DNA from: Candidatus Woesearchaeota archaeon
Lineage (GTDB): Archaea > Nanobdellota > Nanobdellia > Woesearchaeales > WJKL01
Direction of reading: 5' to 3'
Assembly: GCA_036481345.1 (NCBI GenBank)
Contig: JAZGHU010000015.1
Location: 3,315-67,314 of the forward strand
Length of the DNA: 64,000 nucleotides
Shown piece after piece: positions 30,290-39,552 of this stretch; position 1 is the stretch's first letter; every line of letters starts with the position of its first letter. Position numbers and translations under genes: made by a program. Under the pieces are notes generated by a model that saw only the letters and a program-made list of their open reading frames with translations, did no database searches and had not been told where the DNA came from.

Positions 30290-31033
30290 TTAGTCGTTTT
30301 CAACCCTAGGAGCTAAAATAAATGACAACATAACTTTATCCACTGCTTTGTATTCTATCTTTAAAGGATAGTCTTTGTTGAACCTTATTGTCACATTAGG
30401 AGCTAGCTTTGACCCAGCAATCATCTTTTTTAAATATTCAATTGAATATTTTGATTTTATTGAGCTAGAACCTTCTGTTTGGATCTTGGTTTCATCTGAT
30501 TCATTTATTTCAATGTTAGCATGGGATAAATCTCCTTCTGCTTGTACTGTGAATTTTTTGGGTTCTACCATCAATGAAACAGAGTCAGCAACAATATCTA
30601 CATCTTCAACAGCATCATTTAAGATAGCTGAAGTTGTCTCTATTGATAATGGAAATGTTAGATCTGGAACTTTTTGTTCTTTTTCATCTAATTCTATGAT
30701 TGGAAGAGAAAAAGTCCTTGTTGAATTTCCTTTTAATTGAATTTTTAACTTATTATCTTGAACTTCCATATTTAGCATATCGTCGGGTTTGGCTCTTCTT
30801 AGGATCTGTTTTAGATTTCCTAAGTTGATAGCTAGTTCTGTTTCTTCTTTAACATCATATTCTGTAAAAGATGATGATAGAAGTTTAAAGATAACCATTG
30901 CTACGTTTGCAGGGTCCATTGCTACTAATTCCACTGCATTTGGAGTTATCTTAAATCTAGCCTCATTAACTAGTTCTGATATGATAGAAACACTATCTTT
31001 AAAGTATTTAGGTTCTGCTAAGCTTAATTTCAT
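30290..31033 (-). CDS. pcn: DNA polymerase sliding clamp PCNA
   Basis: 247 aa, PCNA N- and C-domain pattern. Confidence 0.8.
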   Translation of the reverse strand: MKLSLAEPKYFKDSVSIISELVNEARFKITPNAVELVAMDPANVAMVIFKLLSSSFTEYDVKEETELAINLGNLKQILRRAKPDDMLNMEVQDNKLKIQLKGNSTRTFSLPIIELDEKEQKVPDLTFPLSIETTSAILNDAVEDVDIVADSVSLMVEPKKFTVQAEGDLSHANIEINESDETKIQTEGSSSIKSKYSIEYLKKMIAGSKLAPNVTIRFNKDYPLKIEYKAVDKVMLSFILAPRVEND

Positions 31034-31112
31034 TTTAAAAATCCCCCTCGTAATGTTTATTATTCTAAAGTAACTACTTATTTATAAATTTTTTTATTTA
31101 AAGAAAAAATAT

Positions 31113-31319
31113 TCAAAAAACCACCATGGTTCTTGGCAATACAACGAAAATTAGAAATGCGATAATTGCAACAGATAGTATTGCGATTAAACCCCAAATC
31201 AGATGCTTCCTGTCTTTTGTTTTATAATATTTAATCAAAAGATAAATTCCTAGTGCTACTACAATTAATGGAATGATAATTAATATAGCTAAAATAATTG
31301 TTTTAATCATAAAATACAA
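31113..31319 (-). CDS. small two-TM membrane protein
   Basis: 68 aa, hydrophobic. Confidence 0.25.
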   Translation of the reverse strand: MYFMIKTIILAILIIIPLIVVALGIYLLIKYYKTKDRKHLIWGLIAILSVAIIAFLIFVVLPRTMVVF

Positions 31320-31362
31320 GAGTGAATGCTATTATATATAATTGCCCATAATTTTGGGTGTT

Positions 31363-32694
31363 CTATATAGAAATCCTATTTCCGTCGTTAGAAAGATGTA
31401 CTTTGTTTTTATCATAGCCTATTTCTAGTGCTAAATCTAATAATGCTTCTCTCATTTCTAGATTGCCATGGGCAGGAATTATATGTTTTGGGTTAACCAT
31501 GTTGATTAAGTCTCTTAAGTCTTCTCTTGCAGCATGTCCTGATACGTGAACATCTCTGAAGATTCTTGCTCCTTGACTTTTGATGTTATTTTCTAGTTTT
31601 TCTCTATTGTCAATATTTATTTTTGTGGGGATTACTGAAGATGAGAAAATAACTTGATCTTCTTTTTGAAGAAGGAATGGAAATTCTTTTTTCGCTATTC
31701 TTGAAAGTACTGCTTTTGGCTCTCCTTGATGGCCTGTTACAACTAACAAATATTTGCCTCTGTTTTTTTCAACTTGTTTTAATTTGTCATAAATCTGTCT
31801 TTTGAATCTTAGTATTTGAGCAGAATCTGAAAATTTTATTATTTTAATATCTTGACCTGCATAAACATATTTTGATAATGATCTTCCTATCAATAGAATC
31901 TTTCTGTTCATCTTTTTTCCAAATTCTATTATTGATTTTAGTCTTGCTAAATGTGAAGAGAATGTTGTTACAATAACTGCTTTATCTGTTGAATCTGTTC
32001 CTAACATCACTTCTTTTAACATTTCTTTTGCAACTGCTTCAGATGGTGTTTTTGCTCTTAGTGGAGCATAAGTTGAATCACAGATTAAAGCAAGAATTCC
32101 TTTTTCTCCTAATTCTTTTAGTCTTTTGAAGTTTGGTTTTTTCCCTAGAGTCGGAGTTGAGTCAAATTTGAAATCATTGCAGTAAAGAATAGTCCCATAT
32201 TTTGTGTGGATTGCAAGCATTGCTGTCTGTGGAGTTGAGTGAGTCATATTTATGAACTCAATTTTTATGTTTTTTGTCAGTTGATAGATAGAATTTGGGC
32301 TTAATGTTTTAATTGAATTAGGAATAGACATTTTTTCATCTTTGAGAATTGCTTGGATAACTTGAATAGTGTAAGGAGTTCCTAATAATTCAGCTTTTTT
32401 GAATTTTTTTGCTAAAAAAGGAATTCCTGCAATATGATCTAAGTGAGCATGGGTTGGAATGATTGCCTTTACTTTCTTTTTCCAATCTGCTATTTTTGAA
32501 ATGTCTGGAATAGCCCCTACTTGCATCATTTGATCTGTAGAGATATTGATAATATCTTCATCTTCTGTCAACTTAATATACGGTTCTAAGAAAACCCCCA
32601 TATCACAAAGGATTACTTCATCATCTACTTTGATTGCAGTGCAATTTTTTCCGATTTCATTATAGCCACCCAATGTGCATATTTCTATTGGCAT
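31363..32694 (-). CDS. rnj: metallo-beta-lactamase/beta-CASP ribonuclease, archaeal RNase J-like
   Basis: HAHLDH motif, beta-CASP region, 443 aa. Confidence 0.65.
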   Translation of the reverse strand: MPIEICTLGGYNEIGKNCTAIKVDDEVILCDMGVFLEPYIKLTEDEDIINISTDQMMQVGAIPDISKIADWKKKVKAIIPTHAHLDHIAGIPFLAKKFKKAELLGTPYTIQVIQAILKDEKMSIPNSIKTLSPNSIYQLTKNIKIEFINMTHSTPQTAMLAIHTKYGTILYCNDFKFDSTPTLGKKPNFKRLKELGEKGILALICDSTYAPLRAKTPSEAVAKEMLKEVMLGTDSTDKAVIVTTFSSHLARLKSIIEFGKKMNRKILLIGRSLSKYVYAGQDIKIIKFSDSAQILRFKRQIYDKLKQVEKNRGKYLLVVTGHQGEPKAVLSRIAKKEFPFLLQKEDQVIFSSSVIPTKINIDNREKLENNIKSQGARIFRDVHVSGHAAREDLRDLINMVNPKHIIPAHGNLEMREALLDLALEIGYDKNKVHLSNDGNRISI

Positions 32695-32730
32695 GGTTTT
32701 TATTTTGGAGAAATGCTATATAAATGTTTG

Positions 32731-33177
32731 TTAAAAGAAAGTAGCAAGGTATGCAGGGTTTGTTATTATTCCCATTAGGATTCCTATCAATACAGCATGT
32801 TTTGACTCTATTTTCCACATCTTTTTTCCAACTATGAAATAGCATAGGAAGATTACTGGAAAAGATACCAATCCAAATGTTAGATATCCTCCAAATGTCC
32901 AAGGCTGTATAAGAGAGACTATCAATATTTCTAGAACAAACATTATTGGTGTTATAATCAAGAGTCCTTTTGCAATTGGTTTTGCTTTGATTTTTGTTAT
33001 TAAGTTAGATAAAGGCCAACAGATAATGAAGTTTACACCATAATTTACAAGAATAGCAAGAAAACCAATCATACCATACACTGTTAATCGCATAGAAAAA
33101 GGGGGAGCGATTACATCAGCAAAAACTATTGGTGACAATAAAATTAAAAAAATTAAAGAGAGATTGATTGTTTTCAT
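32731..33177 (-). CDS. four-TM membrane protein
   Basis: 148 aa, hydrophobic. Confidence 0.3.
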   Translation of the reverse strand: MKTINLSLIFLILLSPIVFADVIAPPFSMRLTVYGMIGFLAILVNYGVNFIICWPLSNLITKIKAKPIAKGLLIITPIMFVLEILIVSLIQPWTFGGYLTFGLVSFPVIFLCYFIVGKKMWKIESKHAVLIGILMGIITNPAYLATFF

Positions 33178-33271
33178 AGAATTTAGAATATTAAGCAGTT
33201 ATTTAAATGTTTTCTAGACTTTAAATTGAGTTGAAGTCAATGTAAGAAAAAATATTATAATTTTATGATAT

Positions 33272-33856
33272 TCATTGTATAATCTTAATAAGTTCAGGTT
33301 CTTTTGGTTTGTGATATCCAGAAGATGTACGCAAAACTGCTAATTCTCTTTCTAATTGAATATTTGCCCACCTTGAATCAACAATTGGATGGTCCTTAAT
33401 TTCATTCATTTTAGAACACCATTCATCCATAGAATAAGCATAGTTAGAATAAAAATGATATGAGCGACCAGATAAAAGAATAAACCCCGGATTTAATTTG
33501 TTCTCTTTTATGAAATTTTGAACTTCTTTTAAATTTTCATCACTGCAAGGAACTTTAAAATCTACTAAAAGTAAATGTTCCTCTAATCCATCATTTAGTA
33601 AGACCTTAGATCCAATTCCAGCGTAATAATCATCAAAAGCATTTTCATAATCAGCATTATACCGCATTCTTTCAACTTGTCCTAATTCTTTTTCTATTGT
33701 TGAAACCGGATGAAAATCTTCATAAATTAGTCTATAATCTATCTTCCCTAAGTCAAACGAATCGTCTATAAATTTATACACAATCAAACAGAAATCTTTG
33801 ATATTGTTACCTTCTGCTATTGATCTTAGGATCTCACTCAGTTTTTTGGGTTCCAT
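33272..33856 (-). CDS. hypothetical protein with possible archaeo-eukaryotic primase (Prim-Pol)-like motifs
   Basis: LLLVDFK followed about 50 aa later by LLSGRSYHFY, reminiscent of AEP motif II sG+rGyH; then IVDSRW. Weak, by-eye inference only. Confidence 0.3.
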   Translation of the reverse strand: MEPKKLSEILRSIAEGNNIKDFCLIVYKFIDDSFDLGKIDYRLIYEDFHPVSTIEKELGQVERMRYNADYENAFDDYYAGIGSKVLLNDGLEEHLLLVDFKVPCSDENLKEVQNFIKENKLNPGFILLSGRSYHFYSNYAYSMDEWCSKMNEIKDHPIVDSRWANIQLERELAVLRTSSGYHKPKEPELIKIIQ

Positions 33857-33889
33857 GTTTATAAGAAATAAATATTTTTTAAAAAGCTT

Positions 33890-34426
33890 ATGAAGAAAAA
33901 TATTTATAGTGAAGATATATTCTTTTTAGCTATGGACCCAAACAAAGCTCATTATGTTGTTGTAACTGGTATTATTGTTAAAGATGATAAATTCTTAATT
34001 GCAAAAAGATCTCCGAATGAACATGCATTTCCTAATCTTTGGACAGTTCCTGGAGGGAAATTAGAATCAAAAGATTATGAACATAGAGATGCAGATACTA
34101 CAGCAGGACAATGGTATAATGTTTGTGAAACTTTATTAAGAAGAGAAGTTATGGAAGAAGTTGGATTAGAAATTAAAAAAATTAATTATTTAGCAAGTTT
34201 AGTTTTCAAAAGACCAGATGGAATTCCTACTGTTGTAATTAGTCTTTATGCAGACCATCATAGTGGAGATGTTAAATTATGTGATGATTTAACAGACCAT
34301 GCTTGGGTTACTTTAGAAGAAGCAAAGAATTATGAGTTGATTGATGGGATCTATGAAGAACTAGAAATGCTTGATCAAGTTATGAAAGGCCAGAAAATTG
34401 GAGAATGGTCTAAGAATTCTGAATAA
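33890..34426 (+). CDS. NUDIX hydrolase
   Basis: Nudix box G.....RE..EE.G. Confidence 0.7.
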   Translation: MKKNIYSEDIFFLAMDPNKAHYVVVTGIIVKDDKFLIAKRSPNEHAFPNLWTVPGGKLESKDYEHRDADTTAGQWYNVCETLLRREVMEEVGLEIKKINYLASLVFKRPDGIPTVVISLYADHHSGDVKLCDDLTDHAWVTLEEAKNYELIDGIYEELEMLDQVMKGQKIGEWSKNSE

Positions 34427-34435
34427 AAAATAAAT

Positions 34436-34573
34436 GCGGAGGAAGGGTTTCGAACCCTCGTAGGCACTAAGCCAATAGATGACTTACAAATGGTCGTTTC
34501 ATCGCACTCTTGACGAGCACTCATCACTCAAATGCCTTGAGTCTATCCCGTTTGACCACTCCGGCACCTCCGC
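34436..34573 (-). tRNA. tRNA-Leu(CAA), class II, with a 55-nt intron at the canonical 37/38 position
   Basis: hand-folded. Acceptor GCGGAGG/CCTCCGC, 3-bp D stem, anticodon stem ATAGA/TCTAT with loop CTCAAG|intron|A, 15-nt variable arm, T arm GAGGG-TTCGAAA-CCCTT. Confidence 0.75.
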
Positions 34574-34628
34574 ATAAGCTAAAGAAGAAAATAGATGTTT
34601 TTAAAGATTACTAAAAATAAAGAAATAA

Positions 34629-35036
34629 TTAAGACAGTTTTGTTAATCTGCCTTCGATTTCACTAAGCTCTGCTTCAAGTTTTTCAAGCTCTGACATTTC
34701 TCTTGGCTTTTCCACTTCTATTGGAGGAGCCACTTCTTTCGGAGCTTCTTTTTTTGCAGCAGTCTTTTTGGGCTTTGGCGCTGCTTTATGGGGCTTAGCT
34801 CTTAGGCCTGATTTTGGAAGCTCTGTTTTAAGCTTTCTTACTAATGCCAGGATATCTTTCATAGCTTCTTTTAATTTTATTATCTCTGCTTCTTTCTCTT
34901 TTCTCACTTCTTTGAATCTTTCAAATCTTTGAAGATATTGAAGAGCTTCTTTAGAAGATTCTAGCAGAGATCTTCTTATTTCTATTGGATCTTTCATTCC
35001 AACATAAAACATTGATTCTTCTTTTTCTTTAGGCAT
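34629..35036 (-). CDS. small coiled-coil protein, paralog 1 of a tandem triplet; K/P/A-rich C-terminal tail
   Basis: shares the FYV...coiled-coil core with the two upstream ORFs. Confidence 0.35.
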   Translation of the reverse strand: MPKEKEESMFYVGMKDPIEIRRSLLESSKEALQYLQRFERFKEVRKEKEAEIIKLKEAMKDILALVRKLKTELPKSGLRAKPHKAAPKPKKTAAKKEAPKEVAPPIEVEKPREMSELEKLEAELSEIEGRLTKLS

Positions 35037-35046
35037 TTTCTAACCT

Positions 35047-35274
35047 CTAAAGAGTAGTTGGTTCAAATAATGTTTTGTCTACAAAGACTACTTTTCTTTC
35101 TACTTCTTCTAGACCTGTGTGCCAAAGTTCAAGCTCTGCATCTTCTTCATTTTTTAGCTCGTTGATCTTAGCTAATGTTTCTTTAGCATCTTCTATCTTA
35201 TTCCTTATCATGTTCATTACGTCTAGAACATCTTTGTATTCTTCAATTCTTACATAAACAGGCATTTCTTCCAT
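35047..35274 (-). CDS. small coiled-coil protein, paralog 2 (75 aa, core domain only)
   Basis: P[IV][FY]V.[IL]E.Y ... W ... RK[VL]..DK.LF pattern shared with 35290..35769. Confidence 0.35.
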   Translation of the reverse strand: MEEMPVYVRIEEYKDVLDVMNMIRNKIEDAKETLAKINELKNEEDAELELWHTGLEEVERKVVFVDKTLFEPTTL

Positions 35275-35289
35275 ACTATCGACCTCTTT

Positions 35290-35769
35290 TTATTTTTGTG
35301 CTGCAAATAATGCTTTATCAGCATATAGTAATTTTCTTTGGATATCCTTTAATTGAGATTCCCATTTGTTGAACTCTTTATCTTGATCTTCTTTGAATTC
35401 AGAGACTCTTGATAAGCTATCTGAACCTTCTTTCAGAGTATTTTGAATTGAGCTAACTTCATTCATCAATTCTCTGTATGATTCAAGGTAAACAAAGATT
35501 GGTTTTTTCAATCTAAGATCATCTCTTTCTTCTAATTCATCCCTTGTTTTTTGTATTGCATAATCTTCAGCTCTTTCAGTGGGGCTTGGTCCTTTTGGGA
35601 CATCTGGAAGCTCTAAGTCAGGAGCTTTTTGTTTTTTGAATTCAGGAATCTCTCCTGGAGAAGGAAAGGTAGGCAGTTCATCTTTTGATGGAGGAGCTGC
35701 TGGTACTTCTAATCCTCTTTTTTCTGGTATAGCTTTCTTTCTTGTTTTAAATAAATCTGTAAATCTCAT
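35290..35769 (-). CDS. small coiled-coil protein, paralog 3, with Pro-rich N-terminal extension
   Basis: C-terminal 70 aa align with 35047..35274; the N-terminal 85 aa are P/E/K-rich. Confidence 0.35.
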   Translation of the reverse strand: MRFTDLFKTRKKAIPEKRGLEVPAAPPSKDELPTFPSPGEIPEFKKQKAPDLELPDVPKGPSPTERAEDYAIQKTRDELEERDDLRLKKPIFVYLESYRELMNEVSSIQNTLKEGSDSLSRVSEFKEDQDKEFNKWESQLKDIQRKLLYADKALFAAQK

Positions 35770-35859
35770 AATAATTACACCTCCCCAATAACTAATCTAT
35801 GAATTCTGACATTATTTAAACTTTCGTTAGTATTCTAAAATAGTGACAAAATAAAAGAA

Positions 35860-36759
35860 ATGTTTTTATCTATTCTAGATTTAGTTTACCTTATGAAGGA
35901 AGCAAAGCATTATAAGAAATTGCAAGGAAAGAAAATTCAGTGTGAGATGTGTCCTAGAAAATGCATAGTTAAAAATGGAGAGAAAGGATTTTGCAAAGCA
36001 AGAGAAAATAAAGAAGGGAAATTTTATAGTTTAGTTTATGCTGCGCCATGTTCTGTTAATGTGGATCCAATTGAGAAAAAACCGTTATTTCATTTTTTAT
36101 CAGGCACTAAAACTTATTCTGTTGGAACAACAGGCTGCAATCTAAGATGTAAGTTTTGCCAGAATTGGCAGATCAGTCAAGCTGTTCCAGAGGATGTTCC
36201 TTTTCTTGATTTAAGTCCTGCTTCTGTTGTCGGGGATGCAATTGTAAAAGGATGTGAAAGTATTTCTTATACATATACTGAACCATCAATATTTTTTGAA
36301 TATGTTTTGGACACAGCAAAGCTTGCTAGAAAAAAAGGATTAAAAAATATTATTGTATCAAATGGTTTTGTCAATCAAAAACCACTGAAAGAAATGTGCA
36401 AAGTTATTGATGCTGCTAATATTGATTTGAAATCTTTTTCAAATGAATTTTACAAGAAATATACTGGGGCTTGGTTAAAGCCTGTGCTTGAAAGTTTGAA
36501 GACAATTAAGAAAGAAGGTGTTTGGCTGGAGATAACTAATCTTTTGATTAATAGATTGAATGATGGTCCTGTTGAGATTAAGAAAATGTGCAAGTGGATT
36601 AAAGAAGAATTAGGAGAGGAAGTTCCAATACATTTTTCTAGATTTTTCCCTAATTATTTGATGCAAGATATAAGTCCAACTGATAAAGATAAATTGTATG
36701 AGGCAGAGAAGATTGCTAAAGAAGTTGGATTAAAGTATGTTTATTTAGGCAATATTTAA
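35860..36759 (+). CDS. radical SAM enzyme of the AmmeMemoRadiSam/PFL-activase-like family
   Basis: CEMCPRKC N-terminal Cys pair and the CNLRCKFCQN radical SAM CxxxCxxC cluster. Confidence 0.7.
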   Translation: MFLSILDLVYLMKEAKHYKKLQGKKIQCEMCPRKCIVKNGEKGFCKARENKEGKFYSLVYAAPCSVNVDPIEKKPLFHFLSGTKTYSVGTTGCNLRCKFCQNWQISQAVPEDVPFLDLSPASVVGDAIVKGCESISYTYTEPSIFFEYVLDTAKLARKKGLKNIIVSNGFVNQKPLKEMCKVIDAANIDLKSFSNEFYKKYTGAWLKPVLESLKTIKKEGVWLEITNLLINRLNDGPVEIKKMCKWIKEELGEEVPIHFSRFFPNYLMQDISPTDKDKLYEAEKIAKEVGLKYVYLGNI

Positions 36760-36804
36760 AAAAACTAGTGCTTTATGGAGTTTGTTTGGTGATAGGGGGG
36801 CTTT

Positions 36805-38670
36805 ATGCACAAACTTGTTTTGTGTTTGATTGTATTTTGTTTTATTGAGATAGCAATGGCTGATATTGTTATAACTGAAGTGATGTATAATCCTGGGCAA
36901 TGTGATGATTATGATTGTGAGTGGATTGAATTATATAATACGGATTCTATTAGTGTGAATTTAACTGGTTGGATATTAGATGGTGAGTCCTTAGATGGAA
37001 TAGTTATCAGTGCTCACGAATATATTGTATTAGCTGATGAATTAATAGACGGCAATGACGCAGATAATGAAAGCTTTGAATCATATTGGGGAAATAATGA
37101 TGGAGTATGGAATCCCTTGGATGGCAACTTCGATGCTTATGATATATCTCTTTCTTTAAAAAATACAGAAGACAGCATTATTCTTACAGATAGCACATAT
37201 ACAGATACTTTAAACTATAGTTCTAGCTGGGGTGCAAATGGGAATGACTATACATTAGAGAAAATAAATCCAGATGGGGCAAATACACAAGAGAATTGGG
37301 CGGTTGGTTTTGTTATGAATGGTACTCCAGGGATGCAAAATAGTATTTATGGAACTGGAGAAATTGATTATAGTGTAATAACTATCAATGAATTTTTACC
37401 AGATCCACATGGAGATGATAATGCGCCAATGCCTCAAGGGGAATGGATTGAGCTTTATAATTCTGGAAGCCAAAACATTAATCTAAAGTGGGCTTTTTTA
37501 GAAGATTTACAAGGACATAAAGTTTATATTGCAGATACTACAACAGTTGATACAACAATTATCCCTGCTAATGGATTTTTAGTTATCTATACAAATGGAT
37601 TTTCTGGACTTTTGAATAATGGAGGGATAGAAGAATTAAGATTTTATGATAAGGAAGACAACCTAATTGATTCTGTGAGCTATGAAGGGTCTGATGAGGG
37701 CAGTTCTTGGGCAAATGTTATTGATAATTGGCAGAGAACAATGCCCACTCCTGAAGGGGAGAACATGGATTACACAAAAGTAAAGGATTCTAAATTTGAT
37801 ATAGATACAATTTATGATCTTGGTTCAGATGATGTAGCTAAATTTGGACAGACAATAAGAGTTAAAGTCAACCTCTATAAAGGAGATGAAACCAAAAGCG
37901 TTTTAAGAATGTGGATAGCAGATGGAGATGAAAAGATAAGCAAAGAGTCGAAGATAACAATTTCCACAAAATATACTAATGTTTCATTAGCAGTGCCTAT
38001 TCAGCTTTATCCAAATTGCAATGAAAAATATGATGATGGAGATTATGATATTTTTATTGGATGGACAAGCGAGGATTTTGAAGAGGATTCATTTCCGTTA
38101 GAAGTAGAAGATATTACAGATTCCTTGTGTGAAATAGTAAAGGTAGAGAAAAGCAGCACAACAAGCGCAAAGAAATTTGAATATAACCTTGTTTCAAATC
38201 CAGATGAAATTAAAAGTGGGGAAGAGTTTGACATTAGAGTTGAATTAAATAATCATGATGATGAAGATTATGATATTGATATCTGGAGTTATGTCTATAA
38301 GGGGAATAAAGCTTATAGTGGTGGAAGAGAGGATAATAAGAAATCTTTTGTTTTAGAAAAAGGAAGTTCTGAAACAATTAAGTTAAGGAATACAGTTGAT
38401 GCTGCTCCTGGAGATTATAATCTTAAAATCAAGATAATAAAGAATAATCAGAAGACAGCAAAAGAGATAACAAATACATTGAGAGTCATAGAAGAAGTCA
38501 GTGAAGGGGGATATGCTGAAGGAATTGTTGGAAAAGCTTCTGGAATCTTAAAATGGAGAGAAGCTTTTGTTTATGAATCAACTTCTTTCAAAGCAAAAAA
38601 CTTGGTTCCTTTGTTGTTTATTATTTTATTGAGTTTATTTGTGATTATATTGATATTTACTAAGAATTAG
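36805..38670 (+). CDS. surface protein with two lamin-tail domains (LTD) and a C-terminal TM anchor
   Basis: signal peptide; ITEVMYNP...EWIELYN and INEFLPDP...EWIELYN LTD signatures; C-terminal hydrophobic helix. Confidence 0.6.
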   Translation: MHKLVLCLIVFCFIEIAMADIVITEVMYNPGQCDDYDCEWIELYNTDSISVNLTGWILDGESLDGIVISAHEYIVLADELIDGNDADNESFESYWGNNDGVWNPLDGNFDAYDISLSLKNTEDSIILTDSTYTDTLNYSSSWGANGNDYTLEKINPDGANTQENWAVGFVMNGTPGMQNSIYGTGEIDYSVITINEFLPDPHGDDNAPMPQGEWIELYNSGSQNINLKWAFLEDLQGHKVYIADTTTVDTTIIPANGFLVIYTNGFSGLLNNGGIEELRFYDKEDNLIDSVSYEGSDEGSSWANVIDNWQRTMPTPEGENMDYTKVKDSKFDIDTIYDLGSDDVAKFGQTIRVKVNLYKGDETKSVLRMWIADGDEKISKESKITISTKYTNVSLAVPIQLYPNCNEKYDDGDYDIFIGWTSEDFEEDSFPLEVEDITDSLCEIVKVEKSSTTSAKKFEYNLVSNPDEIKSGEEFDIRVELNNHDDEDYDIDIWSYVYKGNKAYSGGREDNKKSFVLEKGSSETIKLRNTVDAAPGDYNLKIKIIKNNQKTAKEITNTLRVIEEVSEGGYAEGIVGKASGILKWREAFVYESTSFKAKNLVPLLFIILLSLFVIILIFTKN

Positions 38671-39485
38671 CGAAAAATAAGTTGTTCTACAACACATCCG
38701 AAAAAGTTATTGCCTAAACCAAACAATAAAAATATTATCAAAGAGATAAGGAAATATATTATTGTAGTTTTCCAAGATTGGATTGTTTTTGATGGTCTTT
38801 TGAAGATAAAAGGCAGTGCTGACAAAAAGAATGGTATGAAAATTGCCTGGATTACAGCAAATGTACACCAGATTGAAGTTAAATCATAACATATGTTTAC
38901 TGATAGGAATAAAGAACCAAATAAAAGATATAATACAGCAAGTATAAAGGATATATCCATAATTGCAAGAAGGAACCAGAGAATTGTTTTTCTAGATTTT
39001 TGATCTTTTAATTTGCTTCTTGCTGTGAATGCACAGATATGGATATAGATAAAAATAAAAAACCAGAGTGCAGTCCAAAGTTTAGGGGAATAATGTCTGA
39101 TATAAAAACTAACTACCTCGAAAGATACAGGAATGAAAATCTGGACAATACCTACTGCAGCAATTAACCACAAGACAATTTTGCTGCGAAGATTTCTATT
39201 GAGCAAGACTTCCATTGCTCTTAATCCAAAATAAGGGGCGAGTAGTGAAATAATTAGTCCTGTTTTGTAGATAATCTGATTGTTTGTTATTAAAGATAAA
39301 AATTCAAAAAATTGATGCCCCCCTATAAATGCAAAAGCAATGATTACATTACTGAGAAAAGGCATTAGCCATTTTTTCTTGGTTTTAGCATATCTTTTCG
39401 AATAAAAGAAATAAAAGAATATACACGAAAGAAAAATAATAAGTGCAGTTAGTAATTGTACTTCTTTACTATAACACATAATCAT
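38667..39485 (-). CDS. polytopic membrane protein (7 to 8 TM)
   Basis: 272 aa, highly hydrophobic. Confidence 0.3.
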   Translation of the reverse strand: MIMCYSKEVQLLTALIIFLSCIFFYFFYSKRYAKTKKKWLMPFLSNVIIAFAFIGGHQFFEFLSLITNNQIIYKTGLIISLLAPYFGLRAMEVLLNRNLRSKIVLWLIAAVGIVQIFIPVSFEVVSFYIRHYSPKLWTALWFFIFIYIHICAFTARSKLKDQKSRKTILWFLLAIMDISFILAVLYLLFGSLFLSVNICYDLTSIWCTFAVIQAIFIPFFLSALPFIFKRPSKTIQSWKTTIIYFLISLIIFLLFGLGNNFFGCVVEQLIFR

Positions 39486-39552
39486 GAAATAACGCCTTTA
39501 GTTTATATTATTTGCTATTCACGAAAACTTTTTAAAGGACTTTATTCTTATT

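Noticed and set aside
32660-32902. 80-aa ORF overlapping the RNase J start and the adjacent membrane-protein gene
   Set aside because: Out-of-frame overlap with two better-supported genes, with no motifs.
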